Assembly (NCBI RefSeq): GCF_001194135.2
Contig: NC_069000.1
Location: forward strand, 36,686,336 to 36,727,778
Length of the DNA: 41,443 bases
Source of the DNA: Octopus bimaculoides
Lineage: Eukaryota
Reading direction: 5' to 3'
The translations under genes and the position numbers were made by a program. Shown piece after piece: positions 13,003-24,600 of this stretch (its first letter is position 1; the number at the start of each line of letters is the position of its first letter). The notes under the pieces are model-generated. The model did not search any database, was not told the DNA's origin, and worked only from the letters and a program-made list of their open reading frames with translations.

Positions 13003-13382
13003 GGCGCAGGAGTGGCTGTGTGGTAAGTAGCTTGCTTACCAACCACATGGTTCCGGGTTCAGTCCCACTGCATGGCATCTTGGGCAAGTGTCTTCTACTA
13101 TAGCCTCAGACCGACCAAAGCCTTGTGAGTGGATTTGGTAGACGGAAACTGAAAGAAGCCCGTCGTGTATATATGTATATATATGTGTGTGTGTTTGATA
13201 TACACGTTTGTCCTCCCATGCTGGTGTTTACATCCCTGTAACTTAGCGGTTCAGCAAAAAGAGACCGATAGAATAAGTACTAGGCTTACAAAGAATAAGT
13301 CCTGGGGTTGGTTTGCTCGACTAAAGGCGGTGTTCCAGCATGGCCACAGTCAAATGACTGAAACAAGTAAAAGAGTAAAGAG
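13003..13382 (+). repeat. SINE family A, full length
   Basis: Near-identical to the 3453 copy. Confidence 0.9.
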
Positions 13383-13479
13383 CGTATCACTATCTTCAAG
13401 GAAATGAAATAACTTCAGGAAACCAGTCAGTTACCTGATCAGCTATCGAGTTGGTGGATACATAGACCAGATTGACTCT

Positions 13480-14330
13480 ATTCTCTTCAGAAAATAGTAT
13501 AGACAGATGTTTGTGTATGCAAAGTCCTTCCTAGGTGAAGAATGTACAAACCAACATAAGTTGGTGGCTAGTGACTTCAAACTTGGAGCTAGAAGGACTC
13601 AAGAGACACAAACCAGTCTGGAAAAGGATGATATAGAAGAGAAGTACTAGTTGAAGCATTTGACACAAAGTGGGGATGGGGGTGGAGACATACAAGATAG
13701 AGGAGAACTGGAAGATTCTTTGACACAACGTGCTGTGAATGACGGACCAAATATGTGACTACAAAGTTCCCAGCAGGCCAAGTGTGGCTTGTGAATGAAA
13801 CTGTGAGCCATACAGTAAAAAAGACAGCTTGGAAAGACTGGAAAATGGAGGTACCAAAGAATTATATCAGAGAGCTAGAAAAGAAGCCAGGCTACCAGAT
13901 GGAGAAGCAGAAAGATGTTTGCCAATTTTCTACCGTGTGAAGATCAGAAACATGGGGTGTTCCAGGTTGCAAGACAGTGTACCAGTTAGAATCGACATGT
14001 GGATGATAAGTGTGTATGGATGGATAAATTGTACATGTGCAATAAGCAGTTTTGAAAAGAAAGAGGCATGGAAGTATTATTATAAAGTGTGGAGTATGCA
14101 TGGGAGAAAGTGGAACTTCCCAATATGGACTCGACAAAGAATTGTTGATCACTAAATGTGGATAGAACTTGTAGAAGAGTTTGACCCAAGAACACATGGG
14201 ACAAAGTAGTGTAAGATTATCTAAAGATATTGAGCCTTACAGAAATGACAAGGGATCAGGTTGATCAGCTGTACTCAAAACTCGTATTACTGCTCAATAA
14301 ATTACCATGTTCCTTAAATCGTCAGGGACA
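13480..14330 (+). mobile_element. Degenerate RTE LINE, endonuclease C-terminus and linker
   Basis: QIDSILFRK..GEECTNQHKLVASDF; KKTAWKDWK/GGTKELYQRARKEAR; KKEAWKYY. Confidence 0.8.
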
Positions 14331-14689
14331 AAAACATTTCACTTGGACCTAGCAACTTCTACTGAGCGCATGTCACCATTCATGTAAAAAGCAATTAGGA
14401 TTTCTTGCATACATACATATGCACACACATATATATATAAATTCTTATTTATTTGTTTCAGCCATTGGTCTGTGGTCATGTTGGGACACCACATTTAAGG
14501 GTCTAGTCCAGTGGTTCTTGGCCAGGGTCCGTATAAGATTTTGTTGCTAAAATTTGTGCAATAAATTGCTGTAATTTTTTTTATACAATTCCTAATAATA
14601 TTTAATTATAAAAATACAGTAGGATTGTTTTATCAGATGTGATGGATGGGTTTTCTCAAGTAGTGAACCTCCAACCGTCTGTTTTCCTT

Positions 14690-15545
14690 GTCATCTCCTC
14701 TGTGAGAATCCGCTTTCACAACTGCGTCCTGGCAAACACCCACCTGAATTCGAATGTGTTACTGTTTCAGCACAAGATATACTTTTATGATTCCAGTGTT
14801 GTTGCTCTCCTTGTGGCTGATTCTCACCTGACTGGCAAGACCCCAGTACATGGCTTGTATGGATCCCACAAACCATTTTTCTGCTCCTAGCTTCTTTAGA
14901 TACTGCCATATTATGGAGTGAGGGACTATTGAAAACTTTCTCTTGTTCAATGAATGCTTAGTACAATGGCTTGTCTTTAGCTGAATATTTCTCCTGCAGT
15001 TGTCTTCCTAAGAAGCTGGCACAATAAATGTCTAAAATAGTCTAATTTTGTTTCTAAAAAAATTGAGTTATAACTCTCATGACCTAGTCCTGCAATTTGC
15101 TATCTCTGTATTTACTTCTACCTAAGACATCTGCACTACCCTTGTAACAGCTAATGATGCTACATCAGTCACTGGGTATCACATCTTATACAACCTGATT
15201 AACTCTACAGGGGAACTAACTAGACCATATCCAACTCAGCCAGATATTTCAACCATCTTACTGGTGATTCCTTTTGGACTAGAGGCTTTCTGTCTTCATA
15301 TCCTATACAACTTTATCTATCATAGTAAGGTTGTCAACTACGAAAGTTGGTCCCTCTGAATTTTTAAGTGTTTGCTAGGTCTTTGAGCTACTGTATGCTC
15401 CTTTTCCAGATTGGTTTGTCCCCCCCACCCCTGAGTTTTTCTGGCTCTAAGTCCAAAGTCACTAGTCTGTTAGATGTTTGTGAAGAATGCACAGTCTATC
15501 TTATTTCCTGGTTGGAATGCAGCCTGTGCACCCAAATGCCCAATC
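14690..15545 (-). mobile_element. Degenerate RTE LINE (endonuclease end to RT), internally deleted
   Basis: Minus strand reads RPIWKR, IISCYKG..KYR, RQLQEKYSAKDKPLY*AF, IVPHSIIWQYLKKLG..QAMY. Confidence 0.82.
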
Positions 15546-15599
15546 ACAGACACAAGTATATATACACTGAGACAGAGCTAAAGAGAAAAGTGAAAGACA

Positions 15600-16310
15600 T
15601 AAAAATTGATTTCATTATCAACATTTTCTGTTCAAATAACATCCAGCTTTATACTATAGTCTCATTTGTAGCTATACCTCAAATAATTCATGAACATATT
15701 TCCAAGTTAAGGAGTTTCATATTTTCTCCAAAAACATCCAACTGAAATACACTAACAAAACATTTGTCTATATCAAAGTTTCCAACCTAGACAATTCCTC
15801 CATTATTTCTTGTGCTCTATATTGAATAACCCTCGATATATTCTGCTTATTCTTCACTAAACTACAATGGAAAAACCTTCAGGCATAATTTTGGTTCTGT
15901 GTTCCCCACATAGTTCATGTACCTGAAATCTAAGCAGGTGAAACTGCATCTATTGTCATGATCTCATATAAATGTACAAGACCACTTTGCTGGAATTCAA
16001 CAACATGCACACCCAAAACATGTCTTTCTGCAATGTCTATGAACTTTCTGAGCTTTTTAGATATGTACCACCTGGTCAGGTCTCTTTTGTGGAGCCAAGA
16101 TTGTTGATTTCTGGGCATTTTGAGATGACAAACATGTTAAAAAAACAAATCATGGTATTTAGACAAGAATGCTGTATTCCTAGGGTTTCCTGAAAGAGAT
16201 GAGAGACCAGCTGGAACACCATTATTTTCTTTTATCAAGTAATCCATCAGACTTTAACTGAGATTAGTTTCAACCCAATGCCTGCAATTGCAGACCTTGC
16301 ATATTAACTG
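15600..16310 (-). mobile_element. Highly degenerate Helitron Rep-domain remnant
   Basis: Frameshifted LMDYL..SSLSGNPRN..KYHDLFFLT..RPDQVVHI / KKLRKFIDIAERHVLGVHVVEFQQSGLVHLY, in the order of the Helitron Rep motifs (EFQKRGLPH). Confidence 0.75.
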
Positions 16311-16368
16311 CATATCAGGTTGTCAACTGATAGGCTTAAATTGTGTAATACACACACACATATATATA

Positions 16369-16570
16369 AGGAAGTGCTGAAAAGTTCATGGCTTTAAAGG
16401 CCTGATTGGAAGCCCAACACTCCAAGTTCTTTTACAGGGCTTGGGGAAAACTGAAGCACTGCTGCAATAAGTATGTGAATCTGAAAGGCGAATAAGTTGA
16501 ATAAAAGCATAATTAACTGATCCTCCTGTATTTTCATTAACGCAAAGCCAGGAACTTTTCAGCACCTCCT
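16369..16570. mobile_element. Mariner-derived MITE
   Basis: 27-bp TIRs AGGAAGTGCTGAAAAGTTCATGGCTTT / AAAGCCAGGAACTTTTCAGCACCTCCT with TA on both flanks. Confidence 0.85.
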
Positions 16571-17285
16571 TATGTGTGTGTATATATGAGAGAGAGAAGA
16601 GCTATCCAATTCATTTTTGGCAGAAAATCAGATTGCTGTCATTTAAATATTTTTCTTGCTTGGTTGCAAATTTGAGAAGATAAAAATCACAAATATTTAT
16701 CCTTCTGTTACAAAACTATTTAATAGCCAAGTATTTTTCTCACATGACAGAATTAAAGCAATAGATTTGATCAGAATTGCAACACACAATTGTTTAATTT
16801 TTCAAATTTGACCATCTCAAGAAAACAGGGCCCTTTAATTCAATGAAGTTGAAATTTCATCAATATCTAAAAACAAACTTGTAGGTTTCAATTCCCATCA
16901 TATTGACAAGCAGTAGCTCTAATAGACCTACAGAGTAACTTTGTCAGAGACAGACACCTCGTTGAAACACCAGCACTGTCCACACAGGGAGATAATGGCG
17001 GATACACCATTGGATCAAATAAGAGATACAATATGATGAACTGGAGGGGTATGATAGACAGACAAGCACAGGTGTCTTACTAAAGAGAAGTCACACAACT
17101 ACTCATTACATAAGGGATGGAGGTGTATCTGGAAAGATAATATCACGGCGGTACCAGAGCAAACCCTCAAGGAGCTATTTGTAGAAACTGTTTAAATCTA
17201 GTTTCCAAGTCAGTTGCAAAATGTATACATAGAAGTAAATTATTTGTTGAAAACAAAACAACATGCCTATATGCATTTTAAAATT

Positions 17286-17291
17286 TTTATT
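17286..17291 (-). terminator. Candidate distal AATAAA poly(A) signal of PABPN1
   Basis: First minus-strand AATAAA I found downstream of the stop (about 1.3 kb), near the end of the repeat-poor region. Confidence 0.5.
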
Positions 17292-17844
17292 CAAATTTAT
17301 ACATAAATAGAAACATTTTTACCTACATTTCCTCTGCACCTGGCCATGAGGACTGAAAATGATGGCATACAGTCACTAACATCCATATCAATTGTTCTTC
17401 ACAAGAGAAATAACACAACTTGCATACTATGAATATTGCTTCTAGTTAAATGAAATCAAGAGCCAAGCTTGTACTTAAAATTTAAGCAGTAAATACCAAA
17501 TTGATAAGATATAAAGTAGAGTGCCAGTAATTTGAAGTGGAGACATTTTAGAAGAAAGTGAACCAAACGGCTAAACTAAACCATTAACAAAGAAGAAACA
17601 GCGGGAGAGGTTAAAAAGAAACCCAAGACTTGTGGAAAACACAGTTTAGATCCTAAGTCAGATAAATTTTAACATTTATAGTGAGAAAAAAAGCTCATGA
17701 TTTAAGACATTTCGTTTTCTTTTTTTGAATATATTTTTTTGTGAAAAGACAAAAAAATTCATGAATACCTTAATAGCAACTTAGAAAGACATACTTGCTC
17801 AAACAAGTTGACTGCACTTTGACTCTTGCAAATTAGCACAACAT

Positions 17845-17879
<35 letters not shown>

Positions 17880-18559
17880 TTTTAAAACTATTCTTCCCAA
17901 ATCACTTAAATATAATGAAAAACAGTGGAACAGGACTGGCCTAAGCAACTGAAACAAAAGGTTTTCTGTTAATCAACCAGTCAGTTGAACCTAAGTAATA
18001 AACAAGAACTGTTATAGTAGCAGAGATAGAAGAAATCACTTGACTGAAAACTGCACATGAAGGAAAATTCCAGCTAATAATTTAAATATATAATTAAGAC
18101 AATTTAAACTTAACTGGTAGTAATTAATGAATGTATGTTTTTGTGTTACCATGAATGTGTGTTTGTGTGTGTGTGTGTATGTACATATATAAATAAATAC
18201 ACTCATATACATACACAACAAAAAGTAAGCTAGTGCAAAATCTGTTCAAACATACTGTTTGACTTCAACAAAACTCAAAAATTATAAGAACTGACTCAGC
18301 TGAAAGAGCATAAAATATTTTCCCCAGTAGAAAAAAAAACTATTTCATTAATCAAGATACAAACTCCAGACACTTCCATGACAAGCACTCACACACTGAC
18401 CTAGAGTTATCCAAATGGGAGGAAAAATTCTAAAAATTCTGCAAAAATATAAAATAGGCCAGCTGAGTTGAGGGATCAACTAGTTGCCTGTTAGGAGATG
18501 GAAAAAAAAAAAAAAATTAAAAAGCGTGGCAGATGAAATGTAATCTCCTTGAAATTTTC

Positions 18560-18565
18560 TTTAAT
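18560..18565 (-). terminator. Candidate proximal ATTAAA poly(A) signal of PABPN1
   Basis: ATTAAA 30 nt after the stop, with a U15 run (18502-18516) downstream. Confidence 0.35.
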
Positions 18566-18594
18566 ACAATGGAAATCCTCCAAGTAAAGAGTGC

Positions 18595-18631
18595 TCAGTA
18601 AGGCTGGTACCAAAGCGACCTCCGGAAGCGA
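18595..18631 (-). CDS. PABPN1: PABPN1 terminal coding exon 7 ([12 protein letters not shown])
   Basis: Strong polypyrimidine tract and CAG acceptor; phase 2 matches exon 6; ends R-x5-PY then TGA, like the WYSPY end of vertebrate PABPN1. Confidence 0.93.
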
Positions 18632-21600
18632 CTGAAATTAAAAAATAAGAAAAGGAAAAAAAAAAAAGTATCATATATGGATANNNNNNNNNNNNNNNNN
18701 NNNNNNNNNNNNNNNNNNNNNNNNNNNNNNNNNNNNNNNNNNNNNNNNNNNNNNNNNNNNNNNNNNNNNNNNNNNNNNNNNNNNNNNNNNNNNNNNNNNN
18801 NNNNNNNNNNNNNNNNNNNNNNNNNNNNNNNNNNNNNNNNNNNNNNNNNNNNNNNNNNNNNNNNNNNNNNNNNNNNNNNNNNNNNNNNNNNNNNNNNNNN
18901 NNNNNNNNNNNNNNNNNNNNNNATATATATAAATAAATAAATAAATACACACATACACACAGGGTGTCCCAGAATTAACTATTTCAGTGAAATTAGACAA
19001 TTTTTTAAAAATTCACTTTTAATTATGTTCATCATCTTTGATATATGTTAAAAGTGTAAAAATTTATAATTTTCCTTTTTTCTCTTTTGATAATTTTATT
19101 TTCATTTTTGATGGATCCCACTTATCTGCAGAGTTGTTTTTCCAATTTGGTTGCAACCATTTTCTCCAACTCCATCCCCAGGATGGAGCAATAAGTTTGG
19201 CTGAACCTAAAGAATGCATTCAATTAGCAGTGCAGGAGGTAACTCCTGAAATGCTTCAAAATGTGGTTCATAACACTAAAGGATAGATTTGAAATTTGCA
19301 TGGATACAGAGCACATGTTGAAAATTTTCAATACAGTTTTGACATAAGATTTATAAATCCATTTGTTTTGGTATCACAATGATTTAATAAACATAAAATT
19401 GTCAGTTTTTTTTTTTTTTAATTGCCTATTTCATTGAAATAGACAGTTAAATTCTGAGAGACCCTGTACATGTATAAACATTTTTCACATATATTCACAT
19501 CAGCACAATTCACAAAGTCATTCACCTGGATGCTGTGGGTGCCTTGGAAACAAAATGACAGTTGCCATAAACTGTGGAGATTCACATGGTACAATCCTGC
19601 CTGAAGCTTCACTTTGAAAGATGGTGTATGTATAATCTTTATCTGAAGAAGACCCAAACAACAAAGTGTCAATAGCAATCTCAAAAATATTAAAAATTTT
19701 AATTATTGATTGAAATGTCACATCTGGTTATGATTGACTTATTATTTAAATGCCAAATTTAAGCACACGAAAAAATTAAGGCAATGAAACAGCAGGAAAA
19801 AAAAAATATATAAGTAATAATAATTTAGGCGCGAAATGAATATTTTTGAAGAGCTTTCCTCTTGACAATGTTGTTTGGGTCTTAATTTGAACTTGAAATC
19901 ATTGTTGTTCCAGCTTAAAGGAACTAAAGATATATGCTATCAGTCTATAGAGAGCCAAGTAGAATACTCACTATTACAGTAAACTTTAGCAATCCATGTA
20001 AATAAGAGAACAAAAGATTTCAAGTCCAAATGCTGTTAACCATCTGCTAACAAATTAACTTGGCAGTTTACTTCAGAGCAACGGAGGCCCGTAATCATAT
20101 TTGAGCACCAAAAGCAGTTTGGAAATATACAAATATTTTAGAAATAAATTAAGAGTATCTTTGTTACAGAGAAGAAAAAATATATATTTAAAATCGCCAA
20201 AAATTATTCAAAAATTTCCAATAGTGACTGCAGCCTTAATCAGTTATTAAAGTTAGGATTATACACACTATATAATCCAAAATTAAACTGTTTTTAAATA
20301 CAATTATAAACTTTTATAATAATAAAAAATAGTTTCACATACAATTTTAAGATACTCTTAAGACAGGAAATGAACTGTCAATATACATATTCATATGGTT
20401 GTTTATTAGCACTGATAAACTGTATATGCATATGTATATTTTTGTGTGAATATATATGAAGTGTATGTAAATATGAGTGTCTGTGTGTGTATACAGTCAG
20501 TGATAATGCAATGATGAAACAAAAAGCAAATCATACTTGCCTTGGACAGTTGAAAAATAAAGCACACATAACAAAAAATATATTACACTGACCTGTATCT
20601 AGGTCTAGATCTTGGTGCATAAGGATAATATCCAGATCCCATGCCACCTCTGAAATAACTCCCTCGTCGGGAACGCCCTCTGCCACGGTTTGTAGTGCTG
20701 ATACCAGGCCTATTAGTTCTCTTAGCCATTACCTTTTTGACAAAGTAGATAAAAAAAAAAACAAGAAAAAAATTGAAATGTTCTTGTAGTTTCTTTATGA
20801 ATAAGAATGTAAAGGAGTCCAGGACTGCTAAAATGGCCAAAACCATATTTTGCAAAATAAAAAAAAAAAGGAGAAAAATGAAAAAGTTACCAATAATGAT
20901 AAATGCCTTACTGAAGGAATTTATAAAAAAAAGTAAAGAAAAAAAAAATTAAAAAGTTACCGATAATGATAGATATCTTAATGAAGAAACTTAGAAAAAA
21001 AAGAAAAAAATGAAAAGGAAAAAAAGAAGAGAAAATGAAAGAAAAAAGAGCAGGGATGGGTGTAAAAAGAAAAAAATATAACTGAATCGACTTGGGTTAG
21101 TCAACATTTTTTTTAGGGTCCTACTACTCACCTGTACTCTGAAAGAAAAAAAATTCTTATAGAACAATGAGAAAAAATGCATTAAAAAAAATTTCATCAC
21201 ACTTTTTTTCTTTACCTTTTTTCTTTCCTCTTGCTATTTTTTCAATATTTTCTGGAAGAATTTTTTTATGCCTTTAAGTATTGAATATATATATAAATAT
21301 ATATACTGTTCATCCNNNNNNNNNNNNNNNNNNNNNNNNNNNNNNNNNNNNNNNNNNNNNNNNNNNNNNNNNNNNNNNNNNNNNNNNNNNNNNNNNNNNN
21401 NNNNNNNNNNNNNNNNNNNNNNNNNNNNNNNNNNNNNNNNNNNNNNNNNNNNNNNNNNNNNNNNGTTTTTAATTAAAAGCATAGCAAAATATGTGGGATA
21501 GCTTCTGCATCCTAAGTCTTCTAGTACATCTAAACTGACTGATGGAATTTCTGGAAATGGAAGTAGCAGCCATTGATGCTCAAGACACAAAACGTTAGTG

Positions 21601-24600
21601 CCACCTGAGCTTAGATCAATATCAAACACACTGCCAGAATTACAAGAGGCCATGTCTGTAGAGTAGTTACAACTGGGGTTATGTTAAAACTAAGGCTTAC
21701 CTTCAACGTGTGGCACTTCTGCGGCAGACATCCAACACCAATTCCACAATTTTACACAAGTAGCTGGTATTAGAAAACGCCCCATTTTCATTTCGCCATA
21801 ATAATTTTTTTTCCAGAAATTTTTTAAGATTTTTTGCTTTTTTTCATTTTTTTCTAACTTTTTTCTAGCTTTTTTTTTGTATCTTAATTTTTTTAGCAAA
21901 TTTTTTTTCCTGCTTTTTTAAATTTTTTTTTCAAGTTAATTTCTTATGTTGGAGCAATCTCATGATACCAGTATTTCTCCTCTTGAAATGCAAAGCCTCA
22001 TCTGCAAGCCAACCTGTTCTAAACAAAATGGCCGAAAGATCAAATACTGACAGGAAAGCTTACAAAAATACAAAATGTATATATCTTTTTTTCTCTTCTT
22101 TCTTTTTAGGATCTGTCGGCACCTCAGTGTATACATACTAACATGATGGGATGATCATGTATGTAAAGAGGCATACAGTGCAGAGTTAGAGATAAAATAG
22201 AACACAAGATCTTGGAATGTAATAGAATTTCAAAAACAGCATATTTAAGCATTGATGTTACAATTCACTACAAAAATGACAAAAAAAAAAAGAAAAGAAA
22301 AGAAAAAGTTCAGTTAGAACTCTGAGCATCCAATATAAATTAGACGCTATTGCAGGTAACTCGATAGCTGACAACTTAATTATATAATCGTTCATTTTTT
22401 AAGTGCAATGTAAATCATGGTTAAATAGCCAAGCAATACTTCCAAGATCTCTGTTTGTTAATTACATACACAATGTCCAATCTATCTAGCCTTAAAGATA
22501 AGGCACCATTCTTCAATATCTTTTCTTTGGTATGTATTTTTTTAAGTAAACTTTTTCCCCAACCTTATGGTGGGTGACTCCCGCTACATTAAAAGGAAAA
22601 TTTAATATCTCAACTAGTAACAGCTATATTAGAAACTAGAATGGAGTTATTGTTGTGTGTGAAAGGTTTTAACCCCCAACCTCCTTTTATTTCACTGGTT
22701 TAAGTGAAGTCAATGCAATGATGCAGTTTACTTACCTTGATTTGTCTTGCTCGAAAGAGGGACTCATCTAAAGCCATAGCAGTTCCTACTGAGTCTTTAT
22801 CAGCAAATTCCACATATGCAAACCTAAAATTTACAAAGACTCAAATCACGAACAACACACCAAGAAAGTATATTAAAAAAAAAAACACTTTTTAATAAGT
22901 GAATATCTATGTCCTGGTTTTCAATTTCACTTATTTCCAATAATAGAAAGAATACCAATGGGAACAACAAAAATGGTTTTCCCCACTCTCATCACCTAAC
23001 GTCCACTTTTCCAATGCATTCATGGGACAGATGGAATTATCTGAAGTAGATTTTTTACAGCCACACACCCTTCCTGTTTCCAAAAAAGGTAGTATTTTCC
23101 CATAGCCAGAAAGGTTTCCAGATAATTGAAAACAACCTCGAATTTTTGACAATTTAGAACCATTATGTGAAGGGCACAAATACACATATATAGACAACTA
23201 TATATATATATATACGACAAGCTTCTTTCAGTTTCCATCTACCAATTGCACTCACAAAGTTTCCATTGGCCTGGAGCTGAAGTAGCAGACACTTGCCCAA
23301 AGTGTCACATAATGGGACTGAACCCAAGACCACATGGTTGGGGAGCAACCACACAGCCATGCCTACTCCCTAGTGGGATATAACTGTAGAATTCTCCATC
23401 CAAACAAGCTTCACACAAGACATCAACCACTATTTTAGTATTGTTTATTGGCCGTTTTTTCTAATTTACTAATGGAATATATATATTGACTGGACATCAC
23501 AATTCCATAGAAATAAAAACCAATACTTACCCTTTTGGGTGTCCACTGTATTTGTCACACAAGATAGTTACTCTGTTAACTGAACCACAACCATGAAAAT
23601 GTTGTTCTAGTTCTTCAGCAGTGGCACCATAATCAACCTTTAAATAATAATAATAATAACAACAACAACAACTCCAAAGTGCAGAATATTAAGCAAGTTG
23701 ATATGGAGGACTAAATCAATTAATAAATTATCACTATTAATCTGGTATAGAAAACTGAGATGGCATTTAATAAAAATAACCATTTGTGTGTACCATACAC
23801 ACTACTGATAGACCAGTCGCAGCAGTATTTGTCACAGTGGTAGAACCTGTTAAGGTTCTTGTGTTAAAAACAAGGCAGAGAGTGGTGCAAATGTTCCAGC
23901 CACATCTGGCATTCGCAATGGTTGCTGCCAGGACAAACTTTTATCTCTCTGAAATTGTGATTTTAACACAGCAGGACTATAAGAGTAAATACTGCAGTAA
24001 CTGGTCTATCGACAGTGTGTATACAAGTATGATAATCATTATTATTAAATAATAACTTCTTATATAAGTACAAAGTCAAGATTGTTGGAGAACAGTCAAT
24101 TAGATCCAATTCCCAGTACTTGTACTAATAAATACTATTATATATATATCAAGATTTACTTACATTACCAACAAATATAGATCGCTGGTCAGCTTCCATT
24201 TTCTCTTCAAACGTAGGAAAATTTGGTGCTAAAATAAAATACATTGATCTTAATATAATCAATTTATAATAGTCATGTACAATTAATGGATTAAAAGTTG
24301 AAAGTACATAAAAAAGATTTTGATTAGATGGACTCTAGCCACTGCAAACATATTTGGGTAAAGTCTCATATAACAGACATCATGCCAACAGAACTGCTTT
24401 TGCTGTAGTCATCACTAGAATCTACAGATATTCATGGAAAACAACTAAAATATTATGGGAGACAAATGAATGTTTAACATTTAATTAATGCAGGGGTCAT
24501 TAAAAAAAGCTAATGCAACAAGTGGGGAAAAATGTATAGCATTCATGTTTAGATCTTCTCAGTATATGCTACACCATACTTAGAGACATAAAATATTTTG

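Noticed and set aside
19744-19912. Phase-2 open frame [14 protein letters not shown]...LAFK* in the terminal intron as another last exon
   Set aside because: Weak AAG acceptor and a U-run-derived tail; it more likely just contains the upstream arm of the stem.
20885-20990. C/D-box-like ATGATA...CTGA in the tandem repeat
   Set aside because: It is on the strand opposite to the host gene, the boxes are imperfect and too close, and there is no terminal stem.
21234-21653. [19 protein letters not shown]... in PABPN1 intron 5
   Set aside because: It runs into an N-gap, shows no recognisable homology, and its acceptor is only about 40 nt from the 21700 donor. Kept only as part of the high-complexity island.
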